Source of the DNA: an uncultured bacterium
Lineage (GTDB): Bacteria; B130-G9
Length of the DNA: 37,155 bases
Direction: 5' to 3'
NCBI GenBank assembly: GCA_965372715.1
Contig: CBDVDH010000039.1
Location: 1-37,155, forward strand
Shown: in pieces, positions 18,901-27,197 of the stretch
How positions within the stretch are numbered: position 1 is the stretch's first letter
Layout: the number at the start of each line of letters is the position of its first letter
Position numbers and translations under genes: made by a program
The notes under the pieces: generated by a model
What the model was told of the DNA's origin: nothing
The model's database searches: none
Seen by the model: the letters and a program-made list of their open reading frames with translations, nothing else

Positions 18901-19606
18901 TCCCTTGCAGATGATGGACGCCGAGCGTATCGAACTCAAAGGCCTCATCCGTCAGCCTCTTGACCTGTGATGAGACGAAAACCGTCTTCGCGAACGCGGC
19001 GTCGGTGAGGCGCTTGGCGAGGTTGACGGTCTCGCCCAGGACGGTGTATTCGAGCTTCTTGGACTCGCCCAGTTTGCCCGCCTCAACCTGGCCGAACGCG
19101 ATGCCCGCGTGGACGGAAAGCGGTGCCTGCAAGACGTCCTTGAAGCGATAGTTGACGCCCGTAAGGCCGATCTCGATCTCATCAACGGCGGTGATTGCCC
19201 GCTCGCAGGGGCGCTCAAGCGCGATCGGCGCGCCGAAGATCGCCATCACCTCGTCGCCGATGAAATTGTCAACGTAGCCCCCGCATCGTGTGATGGCGCC
19301 GGACATGACGGAGTAAACGTCGCGCATCACCTCGCGAACCTGGAGCGAGGACAGCGCGCCGAAGAGAGCACTGTATCCAGAGATATCCGCAAAAAGCACT
19401 GCGACATCTCGCCGCTCGACAGCGAGACCATCCTCGACAATCTGCTTCAGCTGGGCTGTGTATTCGTTCGTCTGGGAACTGGCTTCTATCTGGGCTATCT
19501 CATCAGCAGAGAGGACGGGCTCCTTCGCAAACGCCAGCTTCTCACCGCATTCAAAGCAGAACTTCGCACCGTCAGGCAGCTCAGTCCCGCAGCTTGAGCA
19601 TTTCAT
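15971..19606 (-). CDS. Zn-ribbon + class III nucleotide cyclase + STAND/AAA ATPase + TPR protein
   Basis: CSSC/CFEC; VLFADISGYS, FIGDEVMAIFGAP, TVLGETVNLAKRL; Walker A GDAGIGKS, FEDMHWAD, GNPLFVEE; many ~40-aa TPR-like repeats. Confidence 0.92.
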   Translation of the reverse strand: MKCSSCGTELPDGAKFCFECGEKLAFAKEPVLSADEIAQIEASSQTNEYTAQLKQIVEDGLAVERRDVAVLFADISGYSALFGALSSLQVREVMRDVYSVMSGAITRCGGYVDNFIGDEVMAIFGAPIALERPCERAITAVDEIEIGLTGVNYRFKDVLQAPLSVHAGIAFGQVEAGKLGESKKLEYTVLGETVNLAKRLTDAAFAKTVFVSSQVKRLTDEAFEFDTLGVHHLQGISDPQEVFRLKGPKAVTRERIGFSDLTASMFGRDEEFDLLTAAFVKLQTCYPRPRPCKAGEGKFRELSQIFGIAGDAGIGKSRLKRELRRHIREKIGLDGVRFLAGGSWCIGRTPLYWPIKEQIASAFGFDAVASSNAIRNGLAQMDDDGAFDAANVPYIFHLFGLKYPGDPLAQLDPKAIKGNLWVAIRKLYERWSLESPLVLAFEDMHWADDGTREFVEYLAEFVADFPVLVLLLYRTGYEPKFVGRLGPQFVGLELHPLSGDAETGLLSSYLATGQWEQALITRLKAYSQGNPLFVEEFLHLLLERNLLEPEHGKMCLTADIEDMPFPSSLSGILHDRFNLLTRDEKHIAYYAALIGRSFSSRLLSDMHGLLRGSLDIQVALRTLQSREVLFEKAVTPELEYIFKHSLTRDMLASRLVESLRRELSKLLAMRIEELYKDRLDEFHSSLSEYYEVAGDHREAARHAALWAIHEQKQHQNSQACCAFDRYDLLTKHLDDNPLSTEQQADLLRSRITVLSVVGQWDKAIACCHALIRLADGLWGHIAQLEEARLMVYKEKYDLAMPLAKKALVTARQVDDQRTEARSAMEIANIHRHHNEHAQAIHYGSEALSVCRELGDKRWIARSLHAMGVVEFSRGELSRALEYFEEALSTFEELKQLWFAATAMNSIGAVHMCRDSYDQALWYLTEALSVLRELGELRTIGLSLINVGNVYSHLGDCAQALECLTEGLSVCQDLGMQSSAGGALNAIGVLHKRCGDYQQALRHFKRALSICRELSEHRNTLKVSINLAEVHRLGGDFKEALQCNKAALAIAQDLRDQRCIAVSLSNEAIIRADMGEWREARKLTLEANRTMVSTDDRKPNPERLSILCRAEAGLKNWEVSVKHGADAISAASGSMDHEHMVNCRMALAEAHLLMARWYDGEKQGDLPPLSRDEALAKTTDYANQAKELAEAKGLKGFVKKAEDLLADIDRKK

Positions 19607-19658
19607 TTGCCCCTCGTATGTTTACACGAGTCGCTGTTCTGGTTAGATTCTTAGGTCA

Positions 19659-19687
19659 AGGCTATCGTTCGGAGGTGTCCGAGTCAA
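19659..19687 (-). promoter_or_regulatory. Putative sigma70 promoter of the cyclase gene
   Basis: Minus strand TTGACT-N17-TAGCCT; SD gagggg before ATG 19606. Confidence 0.45.
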
Positions 19688-19704
19688 CGTCGCCACGCGG
19701 GAGC

Positions 19705-19732
19705 ATTCGTGTCAATTCGCGTGCATTCGTGG
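19705..19732. repeat. 3x decamer ATTCGTGnnn repeat, direct copy of 15943-15970
   Basis: attcgtgtca attcgcgtgc attcgtgg; 23/28 identical to the other copy. Confidence 0.75.
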
Positions 19733-19760
19733 TTGCCCCCTAACCACGGCCAAGTCAAAG

Positions 19761-19787
19761 GGGCGGACTCGGAGGGGCTGTCCCTAC
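19761..19787 (-). repeat. GTAG-type REP hairpin that includes the radical SAM stop codon
   Basis: Minus strand gTAGggacagcccctccgagtccgccc. Confidence 0.55.
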
Positions 19788-20848
19788 GGCCTTCTTACCA
19801 GAGCCCTGATCAGACGCCGGGGCGAAAAGAGGATGTTGACCGTCTGATAGCAGGGGTGGAAGCACGTGCAGCGGTTCCTGCGGATGGCCTCGACCTGCTT
19901 GCGGAAGGGCGCCGAGGCTACTGTCCTGCTATAATCGAGGTCGAAATCACGGATATTCGCTATGGTCGGCAGAACCTCGCACGCTGCAACGTCACCGCGC
20001 GGATACAGAACGAGCGTCATCCTTCCGGCGAGGCATTTCGTGATGCGTTCACCGTTCACGAGCCTGGGCAACATCGCGAAGTATTCGGCCTGCACCGCCT
20101 TGCTCAATTTGGCCAGGAAAGGCGCGTGGTCGTCCAGCGAGGCGTAACCCCGGGACCGTGTGAGCACCCGGAACGAGTCGCCAATTACGCTTTGGATGTC
20201 ATACTTCGCCGGGAACTCCTGCCGCCAGTCTGCAAAGCCGCCGCGCTCAAGGTCGAGGATGTGCAGGTCGGGATTCAGTTGCTGCACGAAATCGATAACG
20301 TCCGCGATTTGATGGATGTTGGCGTCGGAAACGACCGTCTCGAGCTTCAATGTCAGCCTGGGCTGCTTTTCCTTGAGCTCCTTCAGCGATTCAAGGACTG
20401 AGAGAACCTTGTCGAACGTGCCAGGAACGCCCCGCATGTCGTCGTGCAACTTGCCGACCGCATCGAGCGATAGGACAATCGAAATGCTCGATTCGGGGCA
20501 CGCCTTGAGAAGCTCCGGGGCCATTGCAAGCACTCGATCTTCTGCTATTGCGTTAGTCGGAACCGTAATGTGCTTGACGCGGTTCTGAGACGCGAAGGCG
20601 GACACGATTCCGGGCAAATCGTCGCGCAAAAAGGGCTCGCCGCCTGAGATCATCAGCCACTCGAATCGGGGCAAACTCCTGCTGAACCGCTCAATCTCAT
20701 CCAGCGTCAATTCCTCGTCCAGCCGCTTGTTCAGCTCATCGAGATTAAAGCAGAACGAACATCTCGCGTTGCACCTGAACGTAACGTGAAAGATTACCTG
20801 AAACAGGCGCCTCAGCGCGTATGTCTTGGCGTATGAAAGAAGGCCCAT
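19784..20848 (-). CDS. Radical SAM protein with SPASM/twitch domain
   Basis: CNARCSFC, SGGEPFLR, SLD...HDDMRGVPGTFDK; CLAG...GDVAAC...CTCFHPC. Confidence 0.9.
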   Translation of the reverse strand: MGLLSYAKTYALRRLFQVIFHVTFRCNARCSFCFNLDELNKRLDEELTLDEIERFSRSLPRFEWLMISGGEPFLRDDLPGIVSAFASQNRVKHITVPTNAIAEDRVLAMAPELLKACPESSISIVLSLDAVGKLHDDMRGVPGTFDKVLSVLESLKELKEKQPRLTLKLETVVSDANIHQIADVIDFVQQLNPDLHILDLERGGFADWRQEFPAKYDIQSVIGDSFRVLTRSRGYASLDDHAPFLAKLSKAVQAEYFAMLPRLVNGERITKCLAGRMTLVLYPRGDVAACEVLPTIANIRDFDLDYSRTVASAPFRKQVEAIRRNRCTCFHPCYQTVNILFSPRRLIRALVRRP

Positions 20849-20956
20849 GATGAGGTAGGTTGCCGATCACGTGGGCCATCGTCAACAACCGTGTGAGTGC
20901 GGCGCTTTGCGACTGGCGGATTGAAGCCAAGACCTGATAATCGTATATTCACACAC

Positions 20957-22105
20957 ATGAGACGTGTAGTGTGGCATCTGAATAAGTTGGTGGGAAGCGT
21001 GCTCGGCGGTCTCCTCCGCATTGCCGGCCGTCGGACAGGGAGAATGCGACAGCAAGAGCCGGAGCGGATTCTTGTCATTAAAACGCACGCGATTGGCGAC
21101 CTCTTGATGGTCACGCCGAGCATCTCCGCCCTCAGACAACTTTTCCCGCGGGCGCATCTGGCTGTCCTGAGCGGCAAGTGGTCCGCCGATGTGCTGAAGG
21201 GCAATCCGGACATCGACGCCGTAATTGAGTTCCCGGACGAACTTCTCTTCAAGCACAGCATCGGGGGCCTTTTGCGCCTCGCTAAGCGGATTGGGGTGAT
21301 GAGGTTCGATCTCGCCGCGATATTCCAGCCGTCGGCTCCGGTGCAGGCGATTGCCGCGCTCGCGGGCGTGCCGAGGCGCATAGGGCTTGATCGCAACGGC
21401 TCGGGCTTCTCGCTGACGACTCGGCTGGCCTGGCGTCCCAATTCGGAGCGGTTCATCGGCGACAACTACATGGACCTGCCCAGGGAACTTGGCTTTGATG
21501 GCGCGGCGCCTCGGAGCGTCCTCGTTCTGTCCGACGCGGAGAGACAGGCGGCGTTCGACAGACATCTTGCGGAATACGTGAATTGCGGCGAGAGGCTGAT
21601 AGCGGTGTGTCCAGGTGGCGGCAAGAACCCGCGGGACAAGGCATGGGCAAAGCGCTGGCCGGCAGACCGTTTTGCCCAGGTCGCGCTGACCTTGTCGCAG
21701 AAGACGGGGGCCAGGGTTCTCGTGCTCGGCGGGCAGGGCGACGAAGCCGCGTTGAGCGCCGTCATCGACCGCATCCCGTTCAAGAGCATCTGTCCTAAGG
21801 GAACGACGCTGAGGGAGCTGGCGGGCCTGATCTCATTCTGCTCGCTCGTTGTTACGAACGATTCTGCCCCGGTGCATATTGCCGCCGCGCTTGAGGTCCC
21901 GTGTGTTACTATCTATGGCCCGACCAACCCGCTCGCCGTCGGCCCACGCATCGCGACGCATCACGTTGTCAAGAGCTCCGCCGAATGCAGCCCGTGCTAC
22001 TCGAACGAGAGGTTCCCCGGCTGCGACGACCCGTTTTGTGTGCGAGATATTGCGGTCGAGACGGTTCTCAAAGCGGCCAGAAAAGCGCTTGCAGAGCGGC
22101 AATAG
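20957..22105 (+). CDS. Glycosyltransferase family 9 (LPS heptosyltransferase WaaF-like)
   Basis: AIGDLLMVTP, KRWPADRF, VTNDSAPVHIAAAL, YGPT, CSPC...C...C; ATG 20957 preferred (ORF is open from 20897). Confidence 0.9.
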   Translation: MRRVVWHLNKLVGSVLGGLLRIAGRRTGRMRQQEPERILVIKTHAIGDLLMVTPSISALRQLFPRAHLAVLSGKWSADVLKGNPDIDAVIEFPDELLFKHSIGGLLRLAKRIGVMRFDLAAIFQPSAPVQAIAALAGVPRRIGLDRNGSGFSLTTRLAWRPNSERFIGDNYMDLPRELGFDGAAPRSVLVLSDAERQAAFDRHLAEYVNCGERLIAVCPGGGKNPRDKAWAKRWPADRFAQVALTLSQKTGARVLVLGGQGDEAALSAVIDRIPFKSICPKGTTLRELAGLISFCSLVVTNDSAPVHIAAALEVPCVTIYGPTNPLAVGPRIATHHVVKSSAECSPCYSNERFPGCDDPFCVRDIAVETVLKAARKALAERQ

Positions 22106-22111
22106 GCGGCG

Positions 22112-23833
22112 ATGAACAGAGCCAAGTCAAAGAGAGTCATTGCACTCGCCCTCATCGCGGCCAGCTTCGCGATCTACGCCTTCCACAGTTCATCGCTGAT
22201 CGACTACGCCTACGACGACGCATTCATCTCATTTCGCTACGCCGAGAACCTCGCCAACGGACATGGGCTCGTCTATAACGTCGGTGAGCGAGTAGAGGGC
22301 TACACCAACTTCCTGTGGACGGCAATCCTCGCCGGCGCGATCGAGCTCGACGCAGACCCGTTGGTAGTCGCGAAGGTACTAGGCATTTTCTTCGCGGTCG
22401 CGACAATGTTCCTCACGCTTCGATTCTGGGTCTTCATAACCGGTCAGGGCGGCTGGCGCTGCGCAATGCCGATGCTCTTTCTTGCATGTTCCGGGCCGTT
22501 TGTCGCCTGGGCGCAGTGGGGCCTGGAGGGTGGGATGTTCACGTTCTTTGCGGTTCTTGGGCTGTTCCTCTTCCTCCGGGCGCTCAAGACAGAATCAAGC
22601 TTCGCTTTCTCGTCGCTAAGCTTCCTGATCGCCACGATGACGCGACCGGAAGGCATTATCTTCCTCGTGGTCTGCCTCGCCTATTTTCTACTCCTCGTCA
22701 GACGCGCAAAGAAGTTCGAGACTGACGCCGATGCGCAGAGAACAGGCGATGCTGAGGTCAATGGCGATTCCAACGGCGCCGGGCCAATCGACCTCGCCAA
22801 CCAAGTCCGTCTCGACCGGTTCCCAATCCGTCTCGCCCAGCTCATCACGCCGTTCGCTGTCATCTACGGCATTTACTACGGCTGGCGGCTTTCGTATTAC
22901 GGCCACCCGTTTCCAAACACTTACTACGTGCGGATGGCGGGCTCGGTCGGGGCCTACCTCGACCAGTGGGTGCGCGGCCTCAAGTATATCTTCGACTTCA
23001 CCTGGCGCGGGGGCGGCCTGGTCGTCGTCATCCTAGTCGTCCTTCTGTGGGTCGCGTACCGACCGCCGAGGCGCTCCATGCTCCGCTTTTTGTCCGTCTT
23101 CTGTCTCATCCCCATCGGCTACTCGATGCACGTCGGCGGCGACTCCAAGCAGCTTTACAGGCTACTCACGCCGTATCTTCCGGTTTTCTACATCTTGGTC
23201 GCGCAATCCTTCTCCGGCGTCTTCCGCCTCGCCGTTGAGGCACAGACGACGGCGCGGACGAGGCGCGTCGGAACGGCGATTTTCGCGGCGTTTGTGGTGC
23301 TCCTGATGCTCTACACCTATTATTTCCCGACGTTGATCTATTTCTCAGGCGGCCAGCGCGGCTTCCCAGCATGGGAGTTGCTCCGGGGACGTACCGCGGC
23401 GCACGAGGCGATCTTGGGCTACGAGCGGCAGAAGCGGCTGGTTGGCGAATGGCTTCGGGAGCACGCGCCAAAGGGGACAAGCATTGCCACGACGGTGGCA
23501 GGCGTGACGCCCTACTACTCGAAGCTCTTCACCTACGACATGCTGGGCGTAACAAACGAGCACATCGCCCACACGGAGCCGCAGCCGCACCGCCGAACCT
23601 CGGTTGACGTGAAGGCCACGTTCCCCGACCGGCCCGACGGCCTCGTCGAGAACATCCTGATAACCAGCCACCTCAAGAGCGACAACGAATACATCATCCG
23701 CCAAGACCCCACGCTAATCATCGAGGGCTACGACATCGCCTTCAAGAACGCCGGCTACAAGCGCTTCCGCCTCCCCACCACCGACTTCACGCAATACTAC
23801 TTCGCCAAGCGACCGGTGCAGTTCCTGCCGTAG
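22112..23833 (+). CDS. Polytopic GT-C-type glycosyltransferase (arabinofuranosyltransferase-like)
   Basis: [53 protein letters not shown]; many transmembrane helices. Confidence 0.8.
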   Translation: MNRAKSKRVIALALIAASFAIYAFHSSSLIDYAYDDAFISFRYAENLANGHGLVYNVGERVEGYTNFLWTAILAGAIELDADPLVVAKVLGIFFAVATMFLTLRFWVFITGQGGWRCAMPMLFLACSGPFVAWAQWGLEGGMFTFFAVLGLFLFLRALKTESSFAFSSLSFLIATMTRPEGIIFLVVCLAYFLLLVRRAKKFETDADAQRTGDAEVNGDSNGAGPIDLANQVRLDRFPIRLAQLITPFAVIYGIYYGWRLSYYGHPFPNTYYVRMAGSVGAYLDQWVRGLKYIFDFTWRGGGLVVVILVVLLWVAYRPPRRSMLRFLSVFCLIPIGYSMHVGGDSKQLYRLLTPYLPVFYILVAQSFSGVFRLAVEAQTTARTRRVGTAIFAAFVVLLMLYTYYFPTLIYFSGGQRGFPAWELLRGRTAAHEAILGYERQKRLVGEWLREHAPKGTSIATTVAGVTPYYSKLFTYDMLGVTNEHIAHTEPQPHRRTSVDVKATFPDRPDGLVENILITSHLKSDNEYIIRQDPTLIIEGYDIAFKNAGYKRFRLPTTDFTQYYFAKRPVQFLP

Positions 23834-23882
23834 AAATCTCCTGTCAACTGCCGCTTGATTCGGCCCATCGCGCAGGTGGCTT

Positions 23883-24227
23883 CCTGCGGTTATCCCCGAA
23901 AAAGCAGATTGGGCGGAGCAAAGAGGGCCTTTTGGAGTGCGGCGGCCTGACGCCGCTTTTCTTGGCGGTGATCTGGCGCCGCCTTCTCAGGACTGCGTTA
24001 TGAGCGGTCAGGTGGGTGATTTGCGAAACGCGGAATGATTGATTAGAGCAGACGCCGCATCGGGCTGCGGCGAGCCAAAGCGGTGTCAAGCCACCGCACT
24101 CCAAAGCACCCAATGGGTGCAAGACGCATCGCTACTGTATGCAACAAGAACAGCCTTGTGAATGGCTGAAGTGACTTCAAGACACAATGTCAGCGACCGT
24201 CAATCTGATTTTTCGGGTCACCCCAGG
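23883..24227. mobile_element. MITE-like non-autonomous element with imperfect terminal inverted repeats
   Basis: Left end cctgcggttatccccgaaaaagcagattg; right end (reverse complement) cctggggtgacccgaaaaatcagattg; no credible coding content; exact ends uncertain. Confidence 0.55.
23931..24105. repeat. Inverted REP-like pair (TTTGGAGTGCGG...CCGCTTT)
   Basis: tttggagtgcggcggcctgacgccgcttt (23931-23959) versus reverse complement of 24077-24105 tttggagtgcggtggcttgacaccgcttt: 26/29; each arm is itself a hairpin. Confidence 0.8.
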
Positions 24228-24336
24228 CCCAGCTGCGCCATCGGTTTTCGGAGCTCGTCGCAAAGCAGCTTGCCTGGCTCTGACATAGGCTCTGTTAGGC
24301 CCGGTATATCCGGGTTCCACAATAAGGGCATTTCAT
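24218..24336 (-). pseudogene. Possible remnant of a small Zn-ribbon gene
   Basis: ATGA overlap with the MTase stop gives MKCPYCGTRIYRA*; a 1-nt shift continues NPDIPGLTEPMSEPGKLLCDE... to a TGA inside the MITE end. Confidence 0.35.
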
Positions 24337-25880
24337 TCCAGCTCACCCTCGCTCTTGCTTTCCTGAAAACGCAGGGTCTCATTTTCCGGCGCATTGCGCT
24401 TGGCCTTCGGCGCTTTTTTGAACGTCGTATTTGTCCTCGATGGGGGCGGATAATTGATGCCCTTCCCCTCAAAGATGTCCTTGACCGTGAGGACCTGGAG
24501 CCGGGGATGCTTCCCCCACGGGGAGCTGTAGAAACCGGCGCTCGCCGCCTCGCTAACCATCTGCTTTGTGCGCGTGTTGAGGGTGATTAGCACGCCAATC
24601 TCCGCGTCCTCGCGCTGAACCACGCCCCACAGATCACGAACATGAGCCACACCAGTGTGACCAGACTTGACCGAAAGAACGATCTGTTTCGTTTTGCCGG
24701 GCTTAGGCTCATCATGAAAGTACAGGCGGCCATCAATCCCCTTATCCGAGCCTTTCTTCTGCTCCGTTCCTCTCGCTCCTACACAGCCCAGCACCCACCA
24801 CTGGAATTGATATGGGTCCCGATTGGCTAGCTCCCCAGCACTAGCCAGGTCCTTAGGCTCGTTGATCACCTCAAACGCTGCCTGATCCCCAAACGCGTCG
24901 TGAAGCCGGTTCTTGATCAACGTCACAGCCACGTGTGTTACGTCAATCCCAATCCAGCGGCGGCCGAGACGCTGAGCGACGGCGACCGTCGTCCCACAGC
25001 CGCAGAACGGGTCAAGGACTAAGTCACCCTGGTTGCTGCTGGCCTTGATAATTCGCTCCAAAAGGGCTTCCGGTTTCTGTGTCGGATAGCCTAGACGCTC
25101 TTTGGACGTCGGGTTGATTATGCCTATATCCCACACGTCATGAAGCAACACGCCTTCTCTAAGATGTACCTTGGCCCTATACTTGATGCCGTCAGGCCGC
25201 CTTCGGGTGGTTAGTCTGTAACGACCATCCTTGTCTTCATACTTGTAACGAGTATCCCGTTCAGCTAGGGAACCACGCCCGTATTGCCCGTATAATTGGT
25301 TGAACTGGGGGCGTCGCCGTTTCCCATAAAACAGGATTGTATCGTGCTTCCGCTGGAAGTGACCTCCGTGTTGCGTGGCCTTGGGACCGTAATTCCAGAC
25401 AATCTCGTTCTGGAAGCAGTCTGTCCCAAATACCGCATCCATCAACAGCCTCAGATGAGCACTAGCAGTTGCATCGCAATGCAGATATATGCTGCCCGTT
25501 GGCTTCAGGACGCGCCGTAGTTCGACAAGCCGGGGCGCCATCATGGCCAGGTAAGCCATCATGTCGCTAGCGCCAAGAATCTTCCAGAATGCCTGCATGG
25601 TCTTGGAGACCCTACCCCCCACCTCCACGATCTCCTGATAAGCCTCTGCCGCGCCCTGGTCCCATCGCCAGGTATCCTCGAAAGCCTTTATCTGCGCTTT
25701 GGAGCGCGAGCCATTCTGTTCCTGAAAGAGAACGTTGTAGTCCCGACTGCTTTTGAATGGCGGATCAAGATAAATGAGGTCTATTGCCTCATCACTGACA
25801 TATCGTCGCAGGATATCTAGATTGTCACCGCAGCAGAGCATGTTGTCAGTCAACCAGTCCCTCCAAACACCATCGACCAT
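24333..25880 (-). CDS. Amino-DNA methyltransferase (N6A/N4C, beta order) fused to a C-terminal Mrr-like PD-(D/E)xK domain
   Basis: YLDPPF, GYPTQKPEALLERII, LDPFCGCGTT; C-terminal DKGIDG...VLSVKSG; probable start TTG 25853 after ggaggg. Confidence 0.9.
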   Translation of the reverse strand: MVDGVWRDWLTDNMLCCGDNLDILRRYVSDEAIDLIYLDPPFKSSRDYNVLFQEQNGSRSKAQIKAFEDTWRWDQGAAEAYQEIVEVGGRVSKTMQAFWKILGASDMMAYLAMMAPRLVELRRVLKPTGSIYLHCDATASAHLRLLMDAVFGTDCFQNEIVWNYGPKATQHGGHFQRKHDTILFYGKRRRPQFNQLYGQYGRGSLAERDTRYKYEDKDGRYRLTTRRRPDGIKYRAKVHLREGVLLHDVWDIGIINPTSKERLGYPTQKPEALLERIIKASSNQGDLVLDPFCGCGTTVAVAQRLGRRWIGIDVTHVAVTLIKNRLHDAFGDQAAFEVINEPKDLASAGELANRDPYQFQWWVLGCVGARGTEQKKGSDKGIDGRLYFHDEPKPGKTKQIVLSVKSGHTGVAHVRDLWGVVQREDAEIGVLITLNTRTKQMVSEAASAGFYSSPWGKHPRLQVLTVKDIFEGKGINYPPPSRTNTTFKKAPKAKRNAPENETLRFQESKSEGELE

Positions 25881-25910
25881 TTTCCCACGAGGATAAAGCC
25901 AAACGAAGAT

Positions 25911-27173
25911 TCAAGCAAGGCGCCTGTCGCGGACGACGATGCGGCCATTCTTGACGACAGTGTTGACCAGATTGCAGCCGAATTGGTATGGGATTTGAAG
26001 GGCATTGTCGGCGTCGAAGATGACGAGGTCAGCCTTTTTGCCCGGCTCGATGCTGCCGATCTTACCCGACATCCCGAGCGCGTGTGCAGCGTTCAGCGTG
26101 CAGGCAGCAATCGCCTCGTAAGGGTGCATCCGCATCATCGTGCAGGCAATCGTCATGATGATGGGCAGCGAGCGAATGTTGCACGAGCCGGGGTTGAAGT
26201 CGGTGGAAAGCGCGATCGGGAGTTCCGACTCGATCATCCGCCTCGCGGGAGCATACCTCGATAGGCCCAGAAAAAGAACGCACCCCGGAAGCAGGACGCC
26301 TGCGATGTCGTGTGCGGAAAGCAGCTCAATGTCCCGCGCCGTTATCGCGTCAAGATGGTCGGCGGAGATCGCCCCCACCTCGGCCGCGAGGCCACACCCT
26401 CCGATCGAGGCAAACTGGTCGGTGTGGACCTTGGGCGTCAGCCCAAACTGCTTCGCCTGATTCAGGACGAAGCGAGCCTCATCAACGGTGAATGCCCCTT
26501 CGTCGCAGAAGACGTCGCAGAACTTCGCAAGCCGCTGCTCCGCCACGTATGGGATCATCTCCTCGAGAACCACCGACAGGTATTTGGACCTCGAGACGCC
26601 CTCCGGGACCGCGTGGGCGCCGAGAAACGTTGGCACGACTGTGCTCGTGTGGGTATCCCGAAGCTCCTGCATGACGCTCAGCATCTTGACCTCGGTTTCC
26701 AGGTCCAGCCCGTAGCCGCTCTTGCTCTCGACGGTCGTTGTGCCCAACAGCAGCATCTGGTTCAGATGCACCCGTCCGATATCAACAAGCTCTTCATAAG
26801 AGACCTGGCGGGTGGCTCGCATGGAGCTCTTAATGCCGCCGCCCGCCGCGGCTATCTCGGCGTAGCTCTTTCCCTCGCACCGAGCAGCAAACTCCCGCTC
26901 CCGCCAGCCGCCGAAGACGAAGTGAGTGTGGCAATCGACAAGCCCCGGCAGAACCGTCTTGCCGGAGCAATCGATGGTCTCGCTGGCGCCCTCACGGACC
27001 CCGCCCGGCAGCTCCGCCATAGGCCCCACCCACGCGATAGCGTCCCCCTGTGTGACCACCGCGCCGCCGCGAATAACGTCAAGCTCCCGCATCCCCGTGC
27101 CTCGCTTGCACAGCTCGCTAGACTGCGAGATGGTTACCAGCTCAGAGATGTTATTGAGAAGGACGGTATTCAT
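25911..27173 (-). CDS. hutI: Imidazolonepropionase
   Basis: PGLVDCHTHFVFGG, YAEIAAAGGGI, ESKSGYGL, TFLGAH, DVFCD, SADHL, STDFNPGS. Confidence 0.95.
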   Translation of the reverse strand: MNTVLLNNISELVTISQSSELCKRGTGMRELDVIRGGAVVTQGDAIAWVGPMAELPGGVREGASETIDCSGKTVLPGLVDCHTHFVFGGWREREFAARCEGKSYAEIAAAGGGIKSSMRATRQVSYEELVDIGRVHLNQMLLLGTTTVESKSGYGLDLETEVKMLSVMQELRDTHTSTVVPTFLGAHAVPEGVSRSKYLSVVLEEMIPYVAEQRLAKFCDVFCDEGAFTVDEARFVLNQAKQFGLTPKVHTDQFASIGGCGLAAEVGAISADHLDAITARDIELLSAHDIAGVLLPGCVLFLGLSRYAPARRMIESELPIALSTDFNPGSCNIRSLPIIMTIACTMMRMHPYEAIAACTLNAAHALGMSGKIGSIEPGKKADLVIFDADNALQIPYQFGCNLVNTVVKNGRIVVRDRRLA

Positions 27174-27197
27174 TTTCGCGATGACACTTGTGCTCGA

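Noticed and set aside
15971-19606. Diversity-generating retroelement target
   Set aside because: No reverse transcriptase or template/variable repeat pair seen in the window.
23844-24122. 92-aa ORF (GALECGGLTPL...)
   Set aside because: It is a translation of the REP pair inside the MITE-like element.
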